A stretch of DNA of 64,000 bases from the human T2T-CHM13v2.0 reference genome, Homo sapiens. Below the pieces are notes generated by a model. It was not told the origin of the DNA. It worked only from the letters and a program-made list of their open reading frames with translations, and searched no databases. How positions within the stretch are numbered: the first letter of the stretch is position 1; every line of letters starts with the position of its first letter. The position numbers and the translations under genes are program-made. The DNA is taken from the NCBI RefSeq assembly GCF_009914755.1, contig NC_060932.1. The stretch is one strand, 5' to 3'. Shown here piece after piece: positions 15,228-28,861 of the stretch.

Positions 15228-17120
15228 CCGCTATTTTAAAAGTGATGAAACAGAGGCTCTGAGAGATACATGTTTGCCAAAGGCCAACAGCTGGTGAGCG
15301 ATTGGGCAGAGCATAGGCTGCCCTTTCTTTCTGGGCCATCTTCCTTCTAGTCAAGCTGGAGTCCGTGTTTCTCCCAGCCTGTGGCCAACAGCCACGTGAA
15401 AGGCATGTGAAGAGTTGGTTGTGTTTAATCCTGTCATCGGTTTTATTGGAAAGCTTTTCACGCAGCCCACGTGAGGGAAAACGATTTGCTCAGGATGAAT
15501 GTGGCCACCAATGTGTTATTTCCCTTAATCTAAACAGAGCCTCAGGCACACTTCATTGATCATGCCTCCAGGCTGAAAGGCCCCCTTAATGCTGGCCAGC
15601 AAATATTATGTTTCTGAGGCAGCCCTGTGCTGTCAACCACATTTCCTGATCTACTCTGATTAGATATATAAACAGCTTCAGTAAAACAGAGCCTGAGCTT
15701 TGCTGTTAAAAATATAAGATAAGGCTTCCATAAAGATTCATCAACAGCAGAGGTGCTGTCTAAGTTAGGGCTGAGCCCTCTGAGCTGAATTTCTTTTTTT
15801 CTTTTTCTTTTTTTCTTTTCTTTTTTTTTTTTTTCGGTGTTGTAAGAGGGTCAGTGAGCAAACAACCACGATTTATAATCATGTTTGAATAGTGGCTGGT
15901 GCACTCACTGACTAAGGGAGACCTTGGGGAAAAGAAAGAGTTAAAAGAATTGAGCAGTTCATGAAGTGGTTTGCATTAATGGCCCAGCACAGGACTGACA
16001 TTACTCAAGGTTACATAGTCATTTTATATCTGCTAAGAAGTGTCACACTGTCCCAGCTAAGAGCAAGGAAGAGATGTGCTGACACCTGCAAGGTGCAAAT
16101 GCTTATGAAGAAAGGCCAAGAACTCCCTGAAAAGCAAATTAAATGGTCAGTTAGGGAAAGGAAGTAATTAGAACCAAATGTTCTACATCTTTAAACCATG
16201 CATGTTTCAGATACATTGTGTACCATAAACATGTGCCAGCCAGGACAAGTTAAGATTTTATTATAGATATATGTGTTTAATTAGAATATGTTTCAAAATC
16301 CTCTTCTAACATTTGTCCCGAAGATGAAGTCTATTATCTAAAGGGTTTTTCCAGCTCAAGTGTCTTTGAATGAGAATACATGCCTTTTCTAGATAATTTT
16401 TGACATTTGTTCTGAAAAGAAAAAATTCAGTGAGAGTAAGAAGAGGATTATCCAATATCGCTTGGTGGGAAAATATAAGAAGTTAACATACTGAAGTTTC
16501 ATTATTAATATACATCAATATTTTAATGTGTTTTAATACTTACATGTAATATCTAAAGGGATTTTGCTCACTTAAAGAGCTGCTTACTCCCCACTTTAAA
16601 GATCATTTACAATTGTCCTAAATTAATCAATACTATTTTTATTCAATAATAAAAATAATTGCTAATATTTATCAAGTATTTACTTAATTGACTTAATACT
16701 AGGTACCAAATACTGCTTTAACCCTTTTACAAAAATTGGCTGAGAAAATTCCTTCAGCAGCCAAGGAGCTTGCTGCTTTTTCTCCCCTCTTCATTTCAGT
16801 CTATAAAATTATACTCAGTAATTTAAACCTTTATTGAATTAAAATAGTATTCTCCCGGGTCCATGCCTGGTTTGGGTTAACTAACGTCAAATACAAATAT
16901 GCCTTTTATTTCCCATTTATAATAGTTTTTGTTTCTTGGAGTTATTGTAATCAGTGGTTCTTATGTCTGTCTGTGCATTTAAATCATGTGAGAAGTCTTC
17001 CAAAAATACAAGTTCCTGGCCACACGTGTGACTCTTGATTTTCTAAGGATGGAATGCAGGGTTCTACATGCCCAACAAGGAATGAATCTGATTTTCTTGT
17101 CATAGAAGAGGTGACTGCAT

Positions 17121-17483
17121 TGTCTTAGTTCATTTGTGCTGCTATAGCAAACCACCTGAAACTGAGTAATTTAGAAAAGAGAAATTTATTTTTTACAGTT
17201 CTGGAGGGTGGAAAGTCCAAGATCTCTGTGCTAGCATTGGTGTCTGGTGAGGGCTGTTCTCTGCTTCCAAGATGGTGCCTGTTTCTGTGTTCTCACATGG
17301 TGGAAGGCAGAAAAGCAAGAACGTGCTCCCTTCAACCTTTTATAAGGGTGCTAATCCCATTCATAAGCCTGGAGTCCTCATGACTTTACTACCTCCCATA
17401 GGCCACAACTTTTAACACTGTTGCATTGGTCATTAAGTTTCAACATGAATTTTGGAGAGGACATTATCATTTAAACCATAGTA
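17121..17483 (-). mobile_element. MST-family MaLR solo LTR
   Basis: tgtcttagttcatttgtgctgctatagc ... aaaccatagta. Confidence 0.8.
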
Positions 17484-18812
17484 CGGTGTCATGAAGGTTA
17501 AGTAGCCTAAAGTTATACTGATAGTAAGCAGACATGCTAAATGCAATTATAGGAGGAGCTGCAGGGGTTTTAAAAGTTATGCTTTAGTTAATCTTATTTT
17601 GTTTGTGCTTCAATGACAAGCAACATATTTTCTTTGTGCGAGCACTCAAATACTAAGAACTAAATTTATATTAGGCTACATTGAAATAATGCATTTGGAG
17701 AACTTGGGCCACCTCACTGAGGCTTCCAGAAAAATGCATACGTGTGAATGGTCTTTCATTTTTTCCTTTACATTAAATATCTGTAGGCTTGGTTTACACA
17801 TGCAAATGGTTTCAGTTATTAGATGTATAGGAGAGAATATCTGAGATTGATGTGGGTCTATGAGTAGGTCTGTACAGAAGTCAGGGACCGTCAATGTTTT
17901 ACGTGGCTGGACTAGACATAACGCTGAGTCTAGGTTCAGAAGCCCAGGGTGCCAGTGCTGTCCTGGTCACTTCCTATTTGCTCATCCCTGAGCAAATCCC
18001 AGGACCTCTTTGGGATCGCTTCTATCTTTTGCCTCCCAAAGGATTCTCTAACAAGGAGGTTGACGGCTTCCCCCAAGGAAGACTCAGAGCACAGGTTCAG
18101 GGCAAGTGTTTGATGATCACATTTCTGAATAAAGACAAATTCTTCATTTTGGACAAACAAAAATGAATCTCTGAAAAAACACATGCATGGGAAACCTTAG
18201 GGAAGATTCTTACTTTCAATTCAGTTATTGACCCACTTGACACATAATTGCACCCAGTGATACATGGTGGAAAGGAAAGAGTGCACTTAGCTTTTCCTCA
18301 CAGAACAAACATTTTCTGTTATTTTATAAGCTCCCACAACATAGTTTCCCACATTTTCTAAGGAAAGGAATGTTACATGATAAACATTATACTCAGAGCC
18401 TTTACTGTAACAGTAAATTATTTCCTTCATTTTGTCTTAATTTCCAAGTACACCATGTTGAGATCAACAGATCTAGCTATTTACTGTTTAAAGCTCTGAA
18501 GTATTAATCCGTAAATTCAGGAAGCATTGCCATCTATAGTGTGCAGTTTGATGTACAGCAGATTGCTGGGTCTTAACAGTGCCTGCCTTGGCTGCAATTT
18601 CCCATTTGCTCAACATAAAGGAGAGGCTTGCTACCACAGACTGGAATCAGACATAAGCCATCTGCTCCCACGAGAGCCAAAGTTATAAGAACCATCTCTG
18701 TTTGTGGAACAAGTTGTGTTTACCCCAGCTTCTATGGAGTTTAGCTCTGCCCAACTCCTTCATCATGTTTATGTTTCATTGCTCCATTACATATTTCTCC
18801 CCAAATCCATCA

Positions 18813-19104
18813 GGCTGGGCATGATGGTGCATACCTGTAACCCCAGCACTTTGGTAGTCTGAGGTGGGAGGATGGCTTGAGCCCAGGAGTTCGAGACCAG
18901 CCTGAGCAACAGAGTGAGACCCCATTTCTACAAATAATAAAAAAGTTAGCTGGGCATGGTGGTGCACACCTGTGGTCCCCGCTGTTTGTGAGGCTGAGGC
19001 AGGAGGATAACTTGATCCCAGGAGGTCAAGGCTGCAGTGAGCCCTGATTGTACCATTGCACTCCAGCCTGTGTGACAGAGCAACACCCTGTCTCAAAAAA
19101 AAAA
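18813..19104 (+). mobile_element. AluJ
   Basis: Dimer with gcttgagcccaggag and ggtcaaggctgcagtgagc. Confidence 0.9.
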
Positions 19105-21304
19105 GGCCCCAAAATCAATCCTATGATTTCAGCAGCATTCATTGTGATTTCTTTCCACTATAATGTAATACCTTTCCTTATATATCACATTGTGCAACTA
19201 CTACTATATGACATTGCCAGATCCATTTTCTTCTACCATTCACTGTCTATTGATTACCCAGTGACATCTGAACTAAGTGTGAAGTTCATAATGAATAGAT
19301 TTTTAAAATAAAGAATGAGGACAATTCTCTGAGCCCCCCAAAGTTTATGAAATACAATTTATTTCACTGAACCTCTTAAGTTTAGTTAAATTGAAAGAAA
19401 TGTCACCTCCCCAGCTGAAGTGTGAGCAACTTGACTAATGAGGCTGAGCCTTGCAGCTCCTTTGTAACCTCACCATAATTAGCACGCTTAGGGGCCCCCG
19501 CATTGCTGACTGGCTAGCTAGAAGTGACTTTGCGCCCTACTTTTTACTACAATGTCTTTCAGAATGCAACTGTGATTGGTGGTTAGACCCTTTGCTTTCG
19601 AAACAAGTGCCCAAGAAATGCTTTTTTTTTTTTTTTTTTTGCTTCTGACTAATCTTCTGGGTTCATACATGATGCTGACTAATCTTGCTACTTTCAGATG
19701 TGATGCTGAGTGGTCTTCCGGAAATGCCAAGTAAGGAGGTACTTTAAGAATTAGCAAAGGTCCCTTAGTGAGAATTGACCTGGCATGAAGGGACATCACA
19801 CATTGTGAGAGTATCTTATAATCTTGTAACTACTTCTATGAATAAGTGCATGCACAGTGACAAGCAATAAATAGGCCAGTTCTTCTGAAAATTCTAGAGA
19901 ACAGTTAAGTGATGACCCTTCACAGTTTCTGTTTCTCTTCTGGTTCAGTTTTAACTCTTGTACAGTGTACAGGCTTTGATTGAGTACCGCCACTTTAAAT
20001 TATACTTCTGAAGTTATGGAGGGCAGATTAGGAAGCAAGCGGCCTCTCCCCCAGTGATGGGCAAGGGTATACACTTCTATAGGCCACGTTTAGACCATAC
20101 AGGAGGGAAGCAGCCAGTCCCTATCTTGTAAAGAGCCCTCCCAAAGGACTTTCAGCTAGGGATGAAGCAGCCTAAGCTCCTAAAGCCTAGATATACAATA
20201 TTGGATATAAAAGGTAAGCGTGGGGAGTTGCAAGGGACCAGCAGAGGAGACATAGCCCATACCAGGGGACTGTAATCTCCAAATGCCTTCACAAAACTGT
20301 CTCCCAAGAGAGCCAGCTTTAAATATCTCTCATACCCAAGCGGTATCCATGTTAGATTAGAGCTGTCCTGCTCAAGTAAGACTTCTCCTTTCCCCTCCTG
20401 GAGGAGCCAGGGGCAGCACACTGAGTGTGGAAGGAGGGATTGGTGGGGAAAGAGAAAAGGGGCAAATTATAACTTATCCCCTCTATACTGCAGGCTTCTA
20501 AGCTGGAGGCAAACCAGGCTAGGAAAGGGGAAACTTTAAAGTTGGTGAGAATCTTTAGTTCTCATACTGAACTTTTTATTCTCTAAAAAAGGCTAGAATA
20601 GAAAAAGTCCACAGAGTGGTTTTCAGGGTTAGAATTAAGAAAAAATAAAATTGCTTTTAGTTTATCATTTGCCACGTAATCAAATACTATAATAGGCATA
20701 TTATCAAATTTGACATCTCCTAACTAAATGAAAATGACAATACACTCCATATTAAAATTGCCGTTATGAAATAGAACAGAGGTTCAACAGAAAAATAAAA
20801 TGCCCTAAAGAAGAAAAATGTTGGCTTCTGTCCAGAGATGGCACAAAGATTTTCCCAGCTCCATCCTACCTTGAGTTCCTCTCCAATAAATTGTTGGTTT
20901 TCCTGGATATTATATTCTTACTTATATTTATTTGAATGTCTTTATTCTGACACTCACAATAATGAGGCACATTACTGCCCACTCTCCTCTCTAGGTATAT
21001 TTAGAGAATAGACATAAAGCTACTGCATCGCTGCATCTGAGCCTTTTAAAGGACACACTAATAGGTGGGATTGTAACTATAAGAAGGCAATAAAGGTGTG
21101 GAGAGGTCTAGATAGAATATTTCATTAAATAATATTTGGGGAAATTAGCATGTATATAGAGAAGAGAGAAAGAATAAAATAATAGGAAACACTAATACAA
21201 TTTTAATTTCTAAAGCTAAAGAAAAATTTTCACTAACCTATGAGGCCAGCTAGAGCAGGATTTATAGGAAGCAGGTGTAAGGTTAAAATTTGGAGCATCT
21301 TTCT

Positions 21305-21396
21305 TTCTTTTTTTTTTTTTTTTAAGACAGAATCTCACTCTGTCGCCCAGGCTGCTGGGATGCAATGGTGTGGCGTGATCTCGGCTCACTGCAACT
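21305..21396 (-). mobile_element. Severely 5'-truncated Alu
   Basis: Last ~70 nt plus tail; perfect 18-bp TSD aatttggagcatctttct. Confidence 0.9.
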
Positions 21397-22509
21397 AATT
21401 TGGAGCATCTTTCTAAGACTTTGCATGTAAATGTGACTGGATGGCCATCTGTCAGGAAAAGACTAGAAGAATTGAATTGGAAAAGCGAAAAAAATAAAAG
21501 TGGATGAAGACGTCGTTATTTTAGTCAATTCATTTACTGATAGCACTTGTGGTCCCAAATGGGCCCTGGGTCTGGTCTGGGGCAGCCTTGGGGTCATTGT
21601 TTATTATGATCCTCACTACCAGTTCTTCCTTTCTGCCACTGAGAGAGGCTAGGCCTGCCATGTCCTCAGACCAGCTCCTACCTGTAACCGCCTCGGTCTG
21701 CACAAGAAGGCAGAGCAAGGCCACTGCATACAGATTTTGAATACATTCTGTCTGTCCAATAAGCCACTCAAAGATTTTTGCCTTTCTCTGGGCTATCAGA
21801 TACTGAACAAGAAGAAAATGGACTTGTTTTTATTTATCTTCTCCTTTTGGAAGTCTAGTCTCTCAATCATGAACTTCAGCACCTTGTGCTCCTTCTGCTC
21901 TTATGCAAACTCTCTTTCAGATAACTAATGATATCAATAGGATAATTTACTGTGGCCATGCACTCATGAGACGAGGACTTCAAGGCCTCTGCCTGGGCCA
22001 TTAATCAGGGAAGTTCATCCTCTATGCCCATGTCCTTCTCCTGATAATAGACACTCAGTAAATATTTGTTGAATGAATAAACCAGTCAGCCAAGAAAGCT
22101 AATTTTTTTTAATTTTTATTTCTGGCAAAATACAATTTTTTGTTGCACTTATAATAGTAATAGGATGAAGATGTGTTTTAAAATAATGTCTATTAGTTAA
22201 TTAGGAGGATTAATCCTATGCTCACTGGAAGATAACTATCACAGTGATGAATTGTGTTTGCCCTCAAGTTCTGTAGAAATAAAATCAGTTGAAGCATCAC
22301 GTGTAGAAAAGGTGAAAGCAGAATTGCAACAGAACTGGCAGAGTCCGAACAAAGGAGAGCTCCAATAATATCCAGTTACTACAGAAAACACAGTGCCTGG
22401 CACATGAATACTAAGTGTTCGGTAAGTGTCAGGATGATGATGATGCTGATTGTTATTATCATTCCCATTATAACAAGGTAATTTAAGTGGTATTCAGATA
22501 AGATATTAA

Positions 22510-22847
<338 letters not shown>

Positions 22848-23539
22848 GTGTTTCCTTTCAAATTTGATTTTAATTATTCTGATGACCTCAAGAGCAATGT
22901 TGCCAGGTGGCGACAGTATATTTATACACCTATTAATGTTGAATCTTTGAGCAGACCTGGAGCTCAGAGCTGGAAATTAATAGCATTGTTTTGTTTTCAC
23001 TGTATTTATTTTTAGAATCACTTTACATTTATTACAAACAACATTGATCTTTATCAGTGTTAGGGTTTTAAGTATTCTTTAAAATAACATTTGTGTGGAT
23101 AAAGCAAGTCAATTTAAAGAAAATGTGAAGTTAGTGATAGGGTAGGAAGTATACAGATCAGGCAGAATCCTGACGGAGAAGGGTTATGTCAAGAGTTTGG
23201 GAAAGTGCATTGGGGAGTTTGCTTGAACGATCAGATCACTGCAGTCTAAATGTTTCTGCTCGAGAGAGACACTGTGCCACATGTGGGCGCCCACCACCAC
23301 TACCTGGTCACCTGATTGGCATAGGTAGCCTAGGAAGTAATCTCTCCAGCATCGGATAACCAGTGGTGAGGAGGAAGCAGCTCCAGTCTAGGTGGCTGTA
23401 CTACACTAGTGCCAAACGTCGTTGCTCCCTTCCCTTCCCCTCCAACCCAGCTGGTAGTTGGGTATACTCACTGCATCCAGTTTGGCAGCAACGTGCCACG
23501 GGTTACAGACCCTTATCTCCAATGGTAGTCTGTAAAGGG

Positions 23540-23722
23540 TTAACAACAGGGGCTCTGGGGGAAGACCAGGTTTGTGACATTTGCTGATTTCAGTGATCTA
23601 AGTATAATCACCTTACCTGATTTTAAGTACGGTTGTTTGTTTGCAACAACCGGCTGGCAAAATTCCTGAAAATTTCACAGTTGCCTCTGGGGAGCCTGTG
23701 CCAGTGGGCTCCAGTACACTAC
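23540..23722 (-). mobile_element. MER63 (hAT-Blackjack)
   Basis: accggctggcaaaattcctgaaaattt ... ggctccagtacactac. Confidence 0.7.
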
Positions 23723-24009
23723 CCCATTTTCACTCTAAGTACGGTATTTGATTGTGAAACCATCCCGACATCCCCCCCGGCACCTCTCCCCACCGACTCC
23801 CCAAGTCTATCTTTTCTTCTAAACTTTAAGCTCCATAAGGGAAGAAACCATGCTGCCTTATTCGCCATGGTAATTCCAGTGCCTTCCTGACACCCAGCAT
23901 ATACCCCATAAATACTGATTGGCTATTACGCGCATAACGTGAGATCAAAAGGAGTTCCTACAAAGACCCTTAAATCCTCCAGACTTCTTAAGCTTAGGAA
24001 AGATTTTTG

Positions 24010-24790
24010 CTTGGTTTTCGGTTTTCTTTTTCTTATTTTGAGCAGCAGACCAGCGTGACTCCACAGTTTCAAAGAGCAAGCGTCTATATTTGTGTGACCC
24101 GGAGCCGAGCTGGGGAAGGGGAAGCAGAGCAGCGCTGACGCAGTCAGGTCCCTGGTGCAGGTGCCAGCTCCCCACAGCGCGCCGAACTCCCCAGTATGAG
24201 CGAACCTCAAGTCACTGCCCTCGCGCTTGTCGAGCGAACTCTCAAGGCTTGCAGGTCGTCTCCAGGAGTCAGAGAGGTCCGGACTCCGGGGATTCCTGCT
24301 CCGCGGAGAACTGGGGAGCCCCCGTTCCTGTGCCACTCTCAGGTGGGGTGACTTTGGGCTCTGGGAAGGAGAGCTGTGTCCGTGTCACGAGGGGGCCCCG
24401 GCAGGTGGCGAGCAGCACCGAAGCGCGGGCCAGGACGCTCGTTTCTCGGCGCCCTCTCCTGGGTCAGTGGCGCATCCACCTCCCCAGCCACCAGTGACCA
24501 GCGGGGGCGTGCGCAGCTTCAGAGGTGCAGTTTGGAACTGCCCTCCCCCTTTCAGTGTAGGACTGGCGACACTCCTTTCTTCCTGCAGGCAGCAATCTCC
24601 AGGGACCTCCCTCAACCCTGTGGAGGGCAGTTTTTTCAGTGGCTCAAAGAAAACACGTCTTTCGTGTCCCTGGTCAGACTGCTCTGCCTGTAACTGCGGT
24701 GTGCAGAGAGCCTGCGCGAGACCGTTGTCCTATCTCACTGGGCTTCAAAGCTACCGAAAGCGGTCATGAGAGAGGAAATGACCCGAGGCA
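24010..24790. promoter_or_regulatory. Orphan CpG island
   Basis: About 45 CpGs in about 760 bp by eye, GC-rich in an AT-rich window; ATTGG at about 23918, EGR motif GCGGGGGCG at 24501-24509, CTCF-like motifs at 24385-24410. Confidence 0.8.
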
Positions 24791-24914
24791 GGATGGTCCC
24801 CCAGCTCCATATCCCAGCCTGGAGAGACCTATTTCTTCCATTCTGCACCTTGGGCCTGGCAGCTTAAGAAATAATGACACATGGCCTGCAGGCCGAAATA
24901 CCTTGGTTCTATTC

Positions 24915-25045
24915 CCAACCCTGTCACTTACGGGCTGTGTGACCTCAGGCAAGTTGCTAAATCTCTCTGAACCTCAGTTACTTCATCTGGAAAGGAATGG
25001 AGTTGGACCTCGTGATTAATAAAGTTCCTTTTCAGCTCTGATCTC
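24915..25045 (+). mobile_element. MIR3-like
   Basis: ctgtgtgacctcaggcaagttgctaaatctctctgaacctcagtt. Confidence 0.7.
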
Positions 25046-25256
25046 CCAGGATTCTAAATCTCTGCTACCTGAAGATATAAAAACATACCACATTCTTTTC
25101 CCCTAGCAATACAGTTTTAGTGGATAAGGCTAACTATACAGTTAATGAGACTTAATATACAGTTTTAGTGAATAAGACATACATGTAGAAAACAAATGCA
25201 ACATGCTTGTTTCACTTATGGCAAACAACTAATAAAATATATATTTGAAAGTTTCA

Positions 25257-26180
25257 ACAAAGGACTCATATCCAGATTCTACAAAGAACTCAAACAAATT
25301 GGCAATAATAATAATAATCCTATCGAAAAGTGGACAAATGACATAAATAGACATTTCTCAACAGAAGATATATAAATTGCCAGCAAACATATGAAAAAAT
25401 GCTGAACATCACTCATCGCCAGGGAAATGCAAGTTAAAACCACAGTGAGATACCACCTTACTCTCCCAAGAATAATCATTATTAAAAAGTCAAAAAACAG
25501 TAAGTGTTGGCATGGATGTTGTGAAAGGAGAATGCTTTTACACTGCTGTTGGGAATGTAGATTAGTACAAGCTTTATGGAAAACAGTATGGAGATTCCTT
25601 AAAGAACTAAGAGTAGAACTGCCCATTCAATCCAACAATCCCACTACTGGGTATCTACCCAAAGGAAAATAAATCATTATATGGTAAAGACACATGCACC
25701 CATATGCTTATTGCAGCCCAATTCACAATTGCAAAGATATGAAACTAAACTAAGTGCCCATCGACCAATGAGTGGATAAAGAAAATGTGGTATATATACA
25801 CCATGGAATACTACTCAGCCATAAAAAAAACGGAATAATGTCTTCTGCAGCAACTTGAGTGGAGCTGGAGGCCATTGTTCTAAGTGAAGTAACTCAGGAA
25901 TGAAAAACCAAATATTGTGTGTTCTCACTTATAAGTGGAAGTTAAGCTATGAGTATGCGAAGACGTGCAGAGTGGTATAATGAACTTTAGAGACTCGGAA
26001 GGGGGAGGATAAGAAGGGGTAGTGGAATAAAATCTACATATCGGGTACAATGTATACTAGTCGGGTGAAGCGTGTGCTAAAATCTCAGAATTCACTACTA
26101 TAATAATTTATTCATGGAACCAAAAACCACTTGTACCTCAAAAGCTATTAAAATTTAAAAAAAGTTTTTTAAAGAAAAAA
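25257..26180 (+). mobile_element. L1PB-type 3' end (5'-truncated)
   Basis: ORF2 C-terminal remnant ([23 protein letters not shown]), 3' UTR and A tail. Confidence 0.9.
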
Positions 26181-26532
26181 TGTTTCAGTATTAAGAGCCC
26201 TTCATGTGACTAGGAATTGAGGATACCAACAACAAAATAAGTAGATAAAATAACAAATAAAAGGATTAACTGCTGTCTCTGTGTTCAAAGAGCCTACAAA
26301 TAGATATACAGACACATGAAAGATCACAACACAAAGAAGTACCAGCATGAAAACTAGGTAAATTGAGTATAACAACTTTTGTATTTTGTTTGGATTATAG
26401 CTAAAACAGTGAAAAGAGGCAAGGGTAGACTTGGTGATATTTTTTATCTATCAAGACTCAGGGCAGCCCAAGTACATCCATAATGCCATTATTAATGACA
26501 CCGAAGGCCTATTTCCAAATTATTATCATTCA

Positions 26533-26547
26533 GTGCCATCTAGTGTT
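26533..26547 (-). promoter_or_regulatory. Candidate CTCF site
   Basis: Reverse complement reads AACACTAGATGGCAC. Confidence 0.45.
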
Positions 26548-27930
26548 AAACTGATGGATGGATTTTTTCATATTATTTTGTTTTTGTAAATTCCTTGTCC
26601 AGCTCTATGTAGTCAGATTAAAGTCAGGCAAACAAACTCTGCCTCTTACACATCTAGTCTTATGATGTGATGTCTGTATTCTGAAAACTCATGTGTTTCC
26701 TGCCCAGCCAGGCACAACCTGTTGTTCAGGCTCTCAACTCATACTTTGCTCATCTTTCCTGGACTGCCATCACTGGTGCCAGCACTCTGTCCATGGTCTT
26801 TTCCTTCAGACAGCAGAATTTCATAGGACTAGATGCATCAGTTTCTGAGCAGAAAGTTCCACTTCAGACTGGATTTTGATGCAGCTCCTAGAATCTGGAG
26901 TAAATCTTTTTGTAATGTTATCTATTAGTTCAGCTATCATTGGCATGCTGGCCCTTTCTATACCAGTGCAAGGGCTGATTGTTACATTTTTGGAAATTGT
27001 GCAAGTTTCCATGTATCTTTCTTTCTTTTTCTTTTAAGAGTTAATTCTGAGGTTATCAGGGCAGGGAGAAAGCTACTAACTAGCCCTTTTTGATTAAATG
27101 TGGTGGTAGCCATGGACCAGCAGCTACTGAATTGAGCAGAGGGTCAGAGGTGAAATGGAGAGAGAGCTCTGGGAATGAATGTGTGTGCAGTAGACTTTGG
27201 AAGCCATTAGCTCACAGTCAGGTAAAGTGGCCCTCTTTAATAAAACACCCACACACACTTCAAACTTCCAAAGTTCACTCTACAGGAGGTTCTACTAGGA
27301 GGAAAGAAGGGGGTAATGGACCATGCAGTATCAAATCTGCAATTAGAGTATAATAATTACCACTATCCCTATGATGCTGGCCTTGATGGGCTCTGTTTCA
27401 TCATTTAAATATTCTTAACTAAGCATGAGCAAAATCCCTTGACTCGATAACTATCACACAGCTGAAAAGGAATAACAGATTCAAAAAGAAGCTATAGGAA
27501 ATTAGTGAGGAAAGAGAGAAATAAACATACAGAGTGCCATAAAACCGAATATTTGGCTTATTTTAAAAACGTGCTTGCTCTCTATGAAGTTTCAAATGTG
27601 ATCCCATTCCCCATGGATTTCCAGAAAGAAAAATAAGATCTTACCTAAAATATGTCATTAACTAGTTTCCACTCTACTTCCTTAAGACTGCTCTTTCTAT
27701 TTAACAGTTCACTTCTTGCAAGCCATTGTGGACAGTTGTGCCTTTCAGAGACCAGATTGGGCCAAGTCCTCTCTGTCTTTTAGCTAAAGCCCACTCTCCC
27801 AGGAAATGCTTCTGCTCTAAGACTCAAACATTCCCTGTTAGGTGAGGTCACTGACATCAGAAATGGCCTCCCCCTTTAGAGCTCGCCCTCTATACACAGG
27901 TAGTGTAATTTTGTATTTTTTCTTATTCTC

Positions 27931-28390
27931 TGTGGTAGAGATTGTTGGTTGACTGCCAACATCTATTGGCCCATTTCTCTAAATAACAGAATGTTTATCT
28001 GGGCACACACCTGCACGGAATTAGAATGATATTTCCCAGTGTCTCTTAAAGAAAAATGTGGCCACTTTATTAAATTCAGGTAATGGCATATAAGTAAATG
28101 ATGATGTGTAGATTGCAGGAGCCTTCTTTAAGAGACAGCTGGTGTACCTCTTTTTCCTGTCCCTTCCTTTAATCCACAGCCTGGAACATGGATGCTTGCA
28201 TTTTGAATCCTGAGGACAAGGACTACTTGCCTGGATAGTAGGGTGATAGGATTATGTGGAACAGAGTTGCCGTATTAGCCTATTAGTCTAGTAGGACTCA
28301 CTTTTAGACTTTGTTTATAGAGATAAATAAACTTTTTATTTGTATTATTTTTTAAAGCATAGTTATTTTGAGTTTTGCTTTTGGAGACAG
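27931..28390 (+). mobile_element. Old MLT1 LTR (MLT1H/J-like)
   Basis: tgtggtagag start; atttcccagtgtctctt...atgtggcc motif. Confidence 0.55.
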
Positions 28391-28399
28391 ATCTTTTAT

Positions 28400-28604
28400 T
28401 GCATTCCCCTCCTTCCCCCAAAATTCTTAGGTTGAAGCATTAACCCAAGGTACTTCAGAATGTGACTTTACTTGGAAATAGGGTCATTGCAGATGTAATT
28501 ATTAACAGTTAAGATGAGGTCATTAAAGTGGTCTCTAATCCAATATGACTGCTCTTCTTATAAAAAGGGGAAATTGGGGTACAAAGGCAGACACACGCAC
28601 AGGG

Positions 28605-28637
<33 letters not shown>

Positions 28638-28861
28638 GAATGCTGTGTAGATGAAGGCATGGATCCAGGTGATTCCTCTATAAACAAAGAAACGGCAAAG
28701 ATTGCCAGCAAATCACAAGAAGCTAGGAATGAGGTTTGGAGCAGATTCTCTCTCACAGCTCTGAGAAGGAATCAAGCCTGCTGACATCTTGGCAAGCCTC
28801 TAGAACTCTGAGACAATAAATGTCTGTTATTTATTTTCTAGCCTTAGCAAACCAATATACA
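28400..28861 (+). mobile_element. MLT1B/C-like LTR with internal (CA)n
   Basis: ttggaaatagggtcattgcagatgtaatt; ctgagacaataaatgtctgtt. Confidence 0.8.

Noticed and set aside
15790-15835. Long T-rich tract (also poly-A near 11833 and poly-T near 19622) as retro-insertion tails
   Set aside because: No adjacent element body or TSD; treated as simple repeats.
22898-22915. Weaker CTCF-like motifs (also about 18527 and 27883)
   Set aside because: Mismatches in the conserved 5' core; expected by chance in 64 kb.
23926-25019. Overlapping 105-180 aa ORFs on both strands
   Set aside because: Expected from stop-codon scarcity in a GC-rich island; no recognisable domain.
25279-25672. L1 ORF2-like ORFs (also 59852 and 61684)
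   Set aside because: Fragments of dead L1 copies, not intact genes.
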